DNA of 64,000 nucleotides, from contig NC_043003.1 in assembly GCF_006345805.1 (NCBI RefSeq), forward strand, positions 19,344,001 through 19,408,000, given 5' to 3'. Source of the stretch: Octopus sinensis (Eukaryota). The translations under genes were made by a program, and so were the position numbers. The notes below the pieces were generated by a model. That model had not been told where the DNA came from and searched no databases. It saw only the letters and a program-made list of their open reading frames with translations. Below are positions 22,890 through 34,800 of this stretch, piece after piece (positions within the stretch are counted from its first letter, which is position 1; each line of letters begins with the position of its first letter).

Positions 22890-25800
22890 ATCCAAACAGG
22901 AACAAAGAGAAAATACAACATCGCGAGGACGTGGAACAAGTATAGTGTTATTGGACGCTCATGAAAGGAAAGAAAGAAGGAGGATTTAACGTTTCGAGTG
23001 GAGCTCTTCGTCAGAAACATAGAAAAAGGAAAGGCCCAAGGAAAGGAAGACGGAGAAAGAAAATCGCCAACGATACACACGTGGTCACATATATATATAT
23101 ATCTCTTATATAAAATCTGTTCTGTCTGTCTGTGTGTGTGTGTGTGTGGCTTCTAGGATCTCGGGCTTCCTCCATCCAATTGTGCTTAAATTTGATATGT
23201 AGATACCGACGGTATCAGGGCATGTATAAGTCTTGAAAAAATTACAAAAATATCGATTCCAGGTGAGAACGCGATCGATAAAACCATGGGAAATCGTTTT
23301 TCTTTGGAATAGAAAAAAAGTCTATCGTTATTTCTTCTTTTGCTGGTGTCTCAAATTTAGGTTAAATCAGTGTTTCTCAAAGAGGAGGCCTATGGGACAG
23401 TCGGACAAGTTGTTTTGAGAAAATTTGGTTTAAATGTTTGACAACTCAGCACCGTCCATTGAAGGTGGGGACATTTTGCTCATATATATATATATGTCTG
23501 ACAGGCTTATTTCAGTTTCTGTTGACCAAATCCAGTCACAAGGCTTTGGTCAGCCTGAGGCTATAGTAGAAGACACTTGCCCAAAGTGCTACACAATGGG
23601 ACGGAACCCAGAACCTTGTGGTTGGGAAGCAAGCTACTTTCCACACAGCCATTCCTGCGCCTATATGCTCAAATGGTGTTTTTTACGTGTCACCTGCAAC
23701 GTTCGAATGTTTTTTCATGTGCCACCGGCACAGAAGCCAGTCAGCTGCTCTGGCAACAATCATGCTCGGATGGTGCTCTTAGCGCTCTACTGGTACGAGT
23801 GCCAGTCATCGAATTTGATTCAATTTTGATTTCACTTGCCTCAACAGGTCTTCATAAGCAGAGTTTAGTGTCCAATGAAGGAAAGGTAAGCATAAGTGGG
23901 CTGCTTACACCCCTGGCATAGGCCACGGGTTATGGTCTCACTTGGCTTGCTGGGTCTTCTCATGCACTGCATATTTCCAAAGGTCTCAGTCACTAGTCAT
24001 TGCCTTGGTGAGGCCTAATGTTCGAAGGTTGTGCTTCACTACCTCATCCCAGGTCTTCCTGGGTCTACCTTTTTCCACAGGTTCCCTGTGAAAGCACGTG
24101 ATAAAAATAAGGCTACTGAATAATAATAATAATAATAACAATGATAATAATAAATACCCTAATGCAGTACCAGGCAGTGGCTCTCGTGGCTTCTGATCTT
24201 AACTGATTGGAAGTGTTATCATGTACATTGTTTTGTCTTGGTATAAAAGATGGGCTACAGCAAATATTCTGCTCAATAGCACAGATTTACTTGTCAGTTG
24301 TTTGACTTTAAGCAGTTGAGCATGTCCCTTGGTGGCTGATGATATGTACATCTCTGATCACAAGCAGAAGTAGTGGGGGGGGGGCATCACACCCACGTGT
24401 TGAGAGGAATTCTTTGGGGTTTGAATAATTCACCTCTGGAAACATGGGCGTTTTGTTCATCATCCTTAAACAAACCTTATTCAGGGACCTTTTGAGTGGG
24501 ATGGGCAACCGGACCTGAAGAAAATTCTAACTGGGCCCTACCTGCAAGGTCATGCGCTGTTTATCTTGATATGAAATCACCATGTCGCGCACATATGGTT
24601 GTGATGCATGTGCCTGGTGTACCCTTATCAGACAGGTAGTCATGATGGGTATATTGGGCTTTGTATAGTTGTACCCCAGTGTCACTTTGATGGCATGCGC
24701 TGCTCTCTCTCAATAATAATAATTATAATAATAATAATAATAATAATAATCATAATAATAATAATAATAATAATATACCTTCTTTCTAAGTTTCTTTTCT
24801 TCATGCGATAGGTGAGATTTTTCTGAACCCTGTTTGCCTTCATCTGCATCTGGAATAAGGCTGTAAGATTTGCCATTCACACTGAAACAGTCTTTGGAAA
24901 AATGACCTGCAAAAAGAATTTACAAATTAACTACATTAATCTCTTAATAACATGAAGATTTACAAGCCAGTGAGAGGACAGACAGAACTCTCTATGTGGT
25001 TGCTCAACTTGCTAGAAACAGCAACCAAATGTCCCTTTAATTACACTATACCATCTTCAAAAAGGAAAAGACCAATTAAACATTATAGTCGTAGATATAC
25101 AAAAAATTAGTGTAGGAATGGCTGAAATATATTTAACCCTAGGTCTGCTTGATCATGACTGTCCTAGGACTCTATTTTTTTTACCTTTTACTCATTTCAG
25201 TTGAAGGGTTTAGTCAAACAAATCAATCCCAGAACTTATTTTAGTCCAGTATTTATTGGTTACTGACACACTGAGATGCCAATATCCAGCAACTGACCAT
25301 GTCTAGCCAATCCACGCAGCTGGCAAAAATAAGTAATCCTGAGATGGACTGGCACACCATTCCAGGAGAGAATATGTATGCCACAGACTCTGGGAAACTG
25401 GCCTTATGAGCTTATGGCTCAGAAAGGGCCTTTGATCTCTTTTTTTTTTAAACAAGTAATTGTGGACCTGAGCACTTTATACAATGAGCTCATTAGTATT
25501 ATAAACAAAGTAGCTGCACACATGACTGTGTGGTAAGAAGTTTGCTTCCCAACCACATGGTTCCAGGTTCAATCCCACTGCATGATATCCTGGACAAGTG
25601 TCTTCTACTATAGCCTCAGGCTGACCAAAGCCTTGTGAGTGAATTTGGTAGATAGAAACTGAAAAAGCCCATCGTGTGTGTTCGTGTTTGACCCCACACT
25701 ACTGCTTGACAACTACTGTTGGTGTGTAGATTTAGTGAACAGAAACTAAAAGAAGCCCACTATATATGAGTGTGTGTGTGTGTGTGCGTGTGTGTGTGTC

Positions 25801-28800
25801 TTTGTATTTGCTCCCCCACCCACTGCTTGACAGCCAGTGTTGGTGTGTTAACATCTCCGTAACTTAGTGGTTTGGCAAAAGAGAACAATAAAATAAGTAC
25901 CAGGCTTAAAAAAATAGTTTGAGGGTTGATTCAATCAACTAAAAATTCTTCAGGGCTGTGCCCCAGCATGGCCATAGTCTAATGAATGAAATTAATAAAA
26001 GATAAGGACAAAAGAGTAATTTTAAGAGCTTTGAATGTCGTTCCTCTTTATTTGTCACCATTAACACCATTGAAAGAGGTATACACACCACATCATCATC
26101 ATCATCATTTAACGTCATCTTTCCATACTAGCATGGGTTGGACGATTTGACTGAGGTCTGGCGAATCAGATGGCTGCACCAGGTTCCAATCTGATCTAGC
26201 AGAGTTTCTACAGCTGGATGCCTCTCCTAACGCCAACCACTCCAAGAGTGTAGTGGGTGCTTTTACATGCCACCGGCACGATGGCCAGTCAGGCGGTACT
26301 GGCAATGGCCATGCTCAAATGGTGTTTTTACGTGCCATCTGTACAGGAGCCAGTCCGGTGGCACTGACTTTATACGATTTATACTCATGAAAGAAACCTA
26401 CCTGAAAGAAATGTAGTTAAAAAGAACATGATACTATTGTGTAATTATAACTTACCATATGCACCACATTTTTTACATGTTGTATCATAGACTGCACCGA
26501 GTTCAATTTTCTGAATCTCTCGCTTGAAACCCTTCTTTTGTTTCCGTTGATCAATGCTGGAAATAAAAAATATACACAGAAATATAGATATTAGTTAAAA
26601 TAAAATTTAAAAAAAAAAAAAGTAAATTAGGCGTAGGAGTGGCTATATGGCAAGTAGCTTGCTTACAAACTACATGGTTCTGGGTTCAGTCCCACTGTGT
26701 GGCACCTTGGGCAAGTGTCTTCTACTATAGACTTGGGCCGACCAAAGCCTTGTGAATGGATTTAGTAGACGGAAACCGAAAGAAGCCCGTCGTATATATG
26801 TATGTGTGTGTATATGTTTGTGTCTGTGTTTGTCCCCCCAGGATCACTTGACAACCGATGCTGGTGTGTTTACGTCCCCATAACTTAGCGGTTCGGCAAA
26901 AGAGATCGATAGAATAAGTACTAGGCTTACAAAGAATAAGTCTTGGGGTCGATTTGTTTGACTAAAGGCGGTGCTCCAGCATGGCCACAGTCAAACGACT
27001 GAAACAAGTAAAAGAATATTAAAGTTAGCTAATTCTGTCAGTAGTTCCACATTTGAAAATGGCATTTTGCTTCCTATAGAGTGTTGGCCACTGATGACTT
27101 TTCTCCCCTGTTCCTGACTCTAGGATCAGTCGGATCCCTGCTTTTACAGTTGCCTTTCAGATTTTGCAGCACTGCATCATGTGTTTCCCTGAGGGTTGGC
27201 CTTCCTCTCCCAGGTCTTGTTGGTTTTGAATTGTCATCAATGCTCCTGAAACTTTACTTTTTTTCAAGGTAGGGGGTGTTAGCTTTATACAAACCCAATT
27301 TTCTTCTGGGAAGAGATGGTCCACATTAGTCTGGTCTCTGCCCTTTCACCTGTCCAGCAAGGTGAAGTTCTCAGGGTCGGTGAGACACTGCAACAAGGAC
27401 TGGACCTAAGATGGACATTTCAAAATGGATAACATAAAAGTAAGAAGTAACTATTCATTAAGAATATTGTTACAAAATCTCTTATAGTCATCATCATCAT
27501 CATCGTTTAATGTCCGCTCTCCATGCTAGCATGGGTTGGACGGTTCAACTGGGGTCTGGGAAGCCAGAAAGCTGCACCAGGCCCAGTCTGATCTGGCAGT
27601 GTTTTTACAGCTGGATGCCCTTCCTAACGCCAACTACTCCATGAGTGTGGTGGGTGCTTTTTACGTGCCACCGGCACAGGTGCCAGACGAGGCTGGCAAA
27701 CGGCCGATCGGATAGTGCTTTTTACATGCCACTGGCACAGAGGCCAGACGAGGCTGGCAACGGCCACGATCGGATGGTGCTTTTTATAAAAAATATCCAG
27801 TCACCTGATGGTAGATTCTTGCGAATGATGAGTTTTAATATGGGACCTCAATAATTAGAACCAGGAGCTAAATGCACCAGCATGACCAACAGAGAATAAG
27901 GGAGACCCTGGTTTGATGTTAAAATACTGCAGCTGCTTGTTTATTACTACATCATCCAGGATCAATACTGCAAGCTAACAAAATATTTATTTATACACTG
28001 CTCTCACTTTTTTTCCAACTGTAAACTAGTATCCTTATGGTACCTATTTACAGGTAGGTCAACACATTCAGAGGTGATTAAATGTCTTCTTTATGAACAC
28101 AGTGATGATGCTGGGAGATGAACTATCAGCCCTTCAGTTCAGGGTTGCACCAGATTCCATAGTCTGTTTTGCCTTGATTTCCACAACTGGATGCCCTTCC
28201 TATAACCAACCACTTTACAGATGTACTGGGTGCTTTTTACATGGCACCAGCACCATTGCTTTTTATGTGGTACCTTGGCTTTAGGGTCTCAATTCTGGTG
28301 CAGTGGGTGGGTCATGTAATATTTAAAGCAACTTTGCATATAGGGCCAGGGGTGATTTTCTGAGGGGTTTTTTTTTTTTTTGAGGATAAGTGTATCTTAT
28401 ATGCCATCAAATACAGAAACCACTCATCATGCAATGTGCTTTATGACAAAAACAACACTGAAGCATTTCTGAAAATAAAAACAAATGAATCATTTACATT
28501 TAAGAAATCCTCTTACCTCACTTGTATATTGTTTGGATCCATATCTTTTCCACTGGTTTGATCCACACATTTCATTGAAAGACTAATTTTGCCTTCATCC
28601 TGCAAAATATCCAATAACAAACTATCAAAATAAAATAACAAACTACAGAAAGATTATTTTATATATTTAATATATAAGCTTCAAGGTGAGTTTAGCATTT
28701 CTTTATGAGCTTATCCATTTTCAGACTCAGCATCTTTTTTTTTCTTAGTCATAATCTCTCAGTTCACTGGAATAATCTTCTGTTACATTCTCCAAGAAGA

Positions 28801-31800
28801 TACATAACTTTAAAAATTTTCAGTTTTATAATTGTGTGACCCCCTTCGGTCATGAATGACCATGGGATTGCACCTAGAACGTTACCTTCCTAGGCACAAG
28901 TCTGGGCAAGGTTGTTTATGGAAGGCCAGCAGTCACCCAAGCATACCAGCCTCTTCTCTCCACGCCACCGATACAGCTTGGCACCAGTGACGTCGCAGCT
29001 CATTTACTAACATGCAAGTGGCTGAGCACTCCACAGACATGTGTACCCTTAACGTACTTCTCGGGGAGATTCAGTGTGACACAGAGTGTGACAAGGCTGG
29101 CCCTTTGAAATACAGGTACAAGAGAAACAAAGAAAGAGTGAGAGAAAGTTGTGGTGAAAGTGTACAGCAGGGTTCACCACCACCCCTGCCAGATCCTTGT
29201 GGAGCTTTAGGTGTTTTCGCTCAATAAACACTCACAACACCCGGTCTGGGAATCGAAACTGCGATCCTACGACCGCAAGTCCGCTGCCCTAACCACTGGG
29301 CCATTGCGCCTCCACCAGTTTTATAATAGGGATAAAATAACATAGCATATAGACTAGAAATTAGCAAAAGGACTCTCCAAAGATACAACAGAGAATAAAT
29401 TGGTTTTTTTTTACTTACTGTGATTGCAATGACTTTACAGTATACTCTCTCACGAACACTAAGCACTTCAGAAGGATCATCCACATGAGAGTTGGACATT
29501 TGGGATTTATGGACCAAACCTGTCATAATAAACAGAGAAATGTATCAAAGTCTGTTGTAAAACCCAACATGCAAATATTATTCAAGTTCAAATACCTAAC
29601 TGAGTTTTGTTTAGTAATTACCATGTTGAAAAATTTTCAGACTTTTAACATTGTAAGTAACATTTTTTGTAGTCTCAATGTATCTTTGCTTGAAGAACAT
29701 ATATGGTGAAAGAGTGTGAGGAAGTTTTAAATCATCACCATCACCATCATCATCATCATACAATTTAATGTTTGCTTTTCCATGGCTGCATGAGTCAGAC
29801 AGAATTCATTGAGGTTGATTTTCTATGGCTGGGTGTCCTTCCAGTTACCAATATTCACTCGTTTCCATACAGGGTAATATTTTTCCCCAAGGCCTGACAT
29901 GTTTCCATGGAAGATTGGAAATGCTTGGATGATGGTAACACTCATTTACAACTATCATGCGATGCCAAGACAAAGAGACACAACCACATGCAAATATTCA
30001 TCATCATCATCATCGTTTAACGTCCATTTTCCGGGGTCTGGGAAGCCAGGAGGCTGCACCAGGCTCCAGTCTGACCTGGCAGTGTTTCTACAGCTGGATG
30101 CCCTTCCTAATGCCAACCACTCCGTGAGTGTAGTGGGTGGTTTTTACGTACCAGGAGATGCTGGCAGCAGCCACAATCGGTTGGTGCTTTTTACGTGCCA
30201 CCGGCATAGAAGCCAGTCATGGCGGCACTGTCATCGGCCACGTTCGGATGGTGCTTTTTACATGCCACCGGCACAGGTATCACAACTACAATTTCTATTT
30301 GATATTTATTTTGATGTTGATGTACTTGACTCAATAGGTCTCCTCACACACAGCAGAAAAAACAAGTTCCCATGCCGGGAATCGAACCTGGGTTGCCTGG
30401 GTGAAAGCCAGGAATCCTAACCACTAGACTATATACATAAATACATAAATATATCTAATGTACAATATATGGATTTAACCAACCCTGTAGTACCTATAAA
30501 AAAAAAAGCTCCTTTAATGGGTCAGGCTACAAAGCACATAGTAAACCAAAACAAAACTGTAATGCAGTTGAAATCCAATTGATAATGATTATATCATTAG
30601 GAGTGTATAAAATGTGTTTGTGTGTGATGGTATATTGAATTGATCCCAATATATGAGTGATGCTTGCTTAATGGAAAAAAAAAAAGGATGATTTTCAGGA
30701 ATCTATCAAGTTCTAGACAAAATGGAGCCTAGGCAGGTCTCTGGCTGGCCAGCTCCAGTCAAACCATCCACCCCATGCCAGTAGAGAGAATTGATGTTAA
30801 GTGACGAAAATGATGACGATGATGAGAAAAAAGACACAGTGCTTTTCCTAAATAACAGGGAAAAAAAAATTGATTTCCTTTTCCTAATTGTTTGAACCTG
30901 TTGCAGGATTGTAGCAAATTGTAACTCTTACTTAGTATGTCAATTTAACAACCGTAAATCCGAGTGTAATCCGCATTTTTTTCCCAAAATTTAACGATTA
31001 AAATCCCTTGTGCGTGATATATACGAGGTTAAAAATAAAAAAATTATTTTCTAAGCAATATCCAAGTCTCTATTTGCTGTCCGGCAATGTTTATTCAGAT
31101 GCATTTTGTGATGTCGGGCGCAAAAATACCTTAAGCTAAACCTGAAAGCAATGAAGTCATAAAAGAATCATCCATAACTTGCAGTAAGCAACATTTATTA
31201 AACGTTATTACTGTTATTTCTTTATTTTCTGCAAACAAAATGCACAAAAAGGCTACATGTTTGCATTATGTTATATATACAATAATAATAAAGGACATTA
31301 CCGTATACATTTTTACAAACCAAGGACGTTATATAGACGTCCTTGACTCAAGTTAGAGAAGGGGTGTGTATTATACACAAGGTTTAGGTACAGCCCCCTA
31401 AAAATCCTCTGCATATTATACTCAAGGGCAGACTATACTTGTGGATTTACGGTATGTACTTCTTAGACATTTAAGTCTGAAGAAACCTTATACTCTATTT
31501 CAAAATTAGTAGGTATTTTTAAATGATTTTTATCTAAGTCTACACTGCATCTGTGGGATAAATCACTGACAAGACCATCCCTTTACAATCCACTCAATAT
31601 ACATTAAATGTGAAAGCATCCCAGTTGCTTCAAACTAACAAGGTCGTTTTTAATGTTGGAACTCGAAGAAGATATGACTATAAATAATGGCGTGTAGAAT
31701 GTTATGCCTCGTGGCAGGCCCTGCACCAGATGACTGGCCGTGATTGGGGAAGATCTCCAGAGGCTTGACATCACCTTGGAGGATGCAGAGGGGCTGGCAT

Positions 31801-34800
31801 GGGACCACCAGTGGTGGAGAGCACTGGACGACCTGGTCGGCTTTACACGTAATGTCTCTGGAGCCACTAACCTGGGGTGACCCCCAGTCCCATCAAGCAA
31901 GAGCTTGAAGCAGCAGCAGAAGCAGAATATTGGGTAAAAAAAAAAAACTCCTTGGATGGAAAAAGTCAAATGCTGTCTGTGGGACTTGAACCCATATCTT
32001 CTGTAAACACGACAGACGTTCTACAGCTATGCATTCAAGAGTAACATTAACTGCACCTATTCCAATGAATTTGGAAGGAATGCAAAGGCTATGCTCGCAC
32101 CCTCTTCCTCCAGACCAAGAAAAAAAAAACATCGAAAGTAAATCGTCTGCATCAGTGAAATATTGAATGCGTAAACGGAAAGTATGGACCAAGGGAGTTA
32201 ACTTTTTATTGTAATTTTAGTTTGAACTTAGTCCACAGCAGTTGTCTCCCTTATTGAAGACGAAGTAATGAAACCCCAAACAAAAATTGATCAAGTTCTT
32301 TTTAGATTGCTTGTTACCGTTTCTCTATTTTATTTTATAATTTAGTTAGAGAATGAGTGGTGCACATGATCTAGGGTCACCCAGAAAGATGAAGTTGGTG
32401 AAATATCTACAAGGAAAACATGAGTGAAGAAGGAAACAGTTCGTGCATTTATTTAAGGACCTGGTAGTAATAATAAACAGACTGGCATGTTAGGTCTAGC
32501 ATAATAGATGTAAGACAGACAAGCTTCTTTAACCACAAGATCACGCTCGCTTGTGCTGGAGGAACTTATTTTTATTAAAACACAGCCATAAGAAATGCTT
32601 AAGAAAAAAGGGGGGGAAAAAATGAATTTATGAATAACAGTCTGTAACAAATTTGCGTTAAAAAATGTTATTACCTTGCTTTCTGTATCCAGGTAACTGG
32701 ATAAATGCTCCATAATTTGTAACACTCGCAACCTGTGAAGACAGAAATTGTTAAATAATAATCCTTTCTATTATAGGCACAAGGCCTGAAATTTTGAAGG
32801 AGTGGAGGAGAGTTAGTTGATTACATTGACCCCAGTACTTGACCGGTACTTATTTCATAAGGCGGCGAGCTGGCAGAAACGTTAGCACGCCGGGCGGAAT
32901 GCTTAGCGGTATTTCGTCTGCGTTACGTTGTGAGTTCAAATTCCGCCGAGGTCGACTTTGCCTTTAATCCTTTCGGGGTCGATAAATTAAGTACCAGTTA
33001 CGCACTGGGGTCGATGTAATCGACTTAATACCTATGTCTGTCCGCTCTGTGTTTAGCCCCTTGTGGGTAGTAAAGAAATAGGTACTTATTTCATTGACCC
33101 TGAACGGATGAAAGGCAAAGTTGACCTTGGTGGAATTTGATAGATGGAATGCTGTTAAGCATTTTGTCCAGCTTGCTAATGGTTCTATCAGCTTAGGGAG
33201 GGAGTAAGTCAATTACATCGACCCCAGTGCTCAACTGGTAAATATTTTATTGACTCCAAAAGGATGAAAGGCAAAGTTGACCTCAGAACACAAAGACAGG
33301 CGAAGTGCCACTAAGCATTTTGCCCCATGTGCTAATGATTCTGCCAGCTCACTGCCTTAATAATAATTTCTACTATAGGCACAAGGCCTGAAATATGGTG
33401 GGGGAGGGGACTAGTTGATTACATCAATGTCAGTGTTTCACTGGTACTCAATCTATTGATACCTGAAAGGATGAAAGGCGAAGTTGACCGTGGTGGAATT
33501 TGAACTCAGAACATGAAGATGGACGAGATGAGGAATTATGTACATTATTTACATTAGACAGATATTTGTCCTCATCTTGTTTGTTGTTAACACAACTTTC
33601 GGCTGATATACCCTCCAGCCTTCTTCAGGTGTCTTGGGGAAATTTTGAACCTGGGTTCTCATTCCTAAAGTATTTTTCAATGTTCTCATTCCTAAGGTAT
33701 TTTTCAAACAAAAAATTTTTTAAATGTACAGGCAAGACGATCCTGATAGGAATACCTTTGATTAAAGTTCTGTTTGATCAGCACTGTCCCGGAAGTAAAC
33801 AATGATGACTTAGAAGGAGTACCCAAAGGAGTACAAGAAAAAACAAAAAAACAAGAAATGTTTTAAGTCCGAGTTCCCTGCTAAAGCAGAGGTTAGCCTT
33901 GCAGATTCCATAACAGACAAACTGAATTTATTATGGTTCTTTTTACTGAGGCACTGCTTTATGGCCAGATGCCCTTCCTTTTCCCAATTCCTTATTCATT
34001 TCTAATCTTCCATGAAAACATGTCTGGTTATGGGGAAATCTTAATTTACTTGAAGATAGGTGAGATTTGGCAACAGACAAGGCATCCAGCTGTAGAAAAT
34101 TTGCATCAATTTGCTGAAGCAGGTTTTCTACAGTCAGACAGCTTTCCTATTGCTAACTCTCACTTGTTTCCAAGCAAGTTAATATTTCTCCATAGCCAGA
34201 CATATTTTTTATGGAAGGACCAATATGAATTGTATGATAGTCATCATCATTTAACGTCGGTTTTCCATGCTAGCATGGGTTGGCCAGCTTGACAGGAGTT
34301 GGAAAGCCAGCAGACAGCACTAAGATTCACTGTCTGCTTTGACATGTTTCTTTTTATGGTTCAATGCCCTTCCTAGTGCCAACCACTTTACAGATTGTAT
34401 AGACAGCTCTTTTACAACAAGATACCCTTCCTAATGTCAACTACTTTACAGAGTGGACTAGATGCGGATCTTTACCTTTTGACTGATAGATTTAAAAAAT
34501 AATTTTTTGTAGCTAAACACTTTCAAACTTCGTATACTGGTAGAGTGTGTCACATAAAACATTTTTTACTCTTGGTGTTGTATTTTGGAAGTTATTTCTT
34601 GTTAAAGTTGTTGTATTTCGGTAATTTCAACCAATCAATGACATGTATTCAGCTGAATAAAATTACTGCTGTTGTTTGTCAACAATATAACTTCCAAATA
34701 TCCTTTGAGAGGGAAGAGCACTAGAGGAAGTTGCTTTCTGCTTGGTGATGATAGAAATAGAGTATGACGGAAGCAGGTGTTTGCTGTAAAGGAGACACAT

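Noticed and set aside
27100-27420. GRGRP-containing minus-strand stretch resembling an RTE C-terminus
   Set aside because: Only one short motif is recognisable; too decayed to call with confidence.
31975-32030. tRNA-like sequence on the minus strand (B box GGGTTCAAGTCCCAC, 5-bp anticodon-like stem)
   Set aside because: No matching 5' acceptor strand or D arm and a non-canonical loop; likely a decayed SINE head or tRNA relic.
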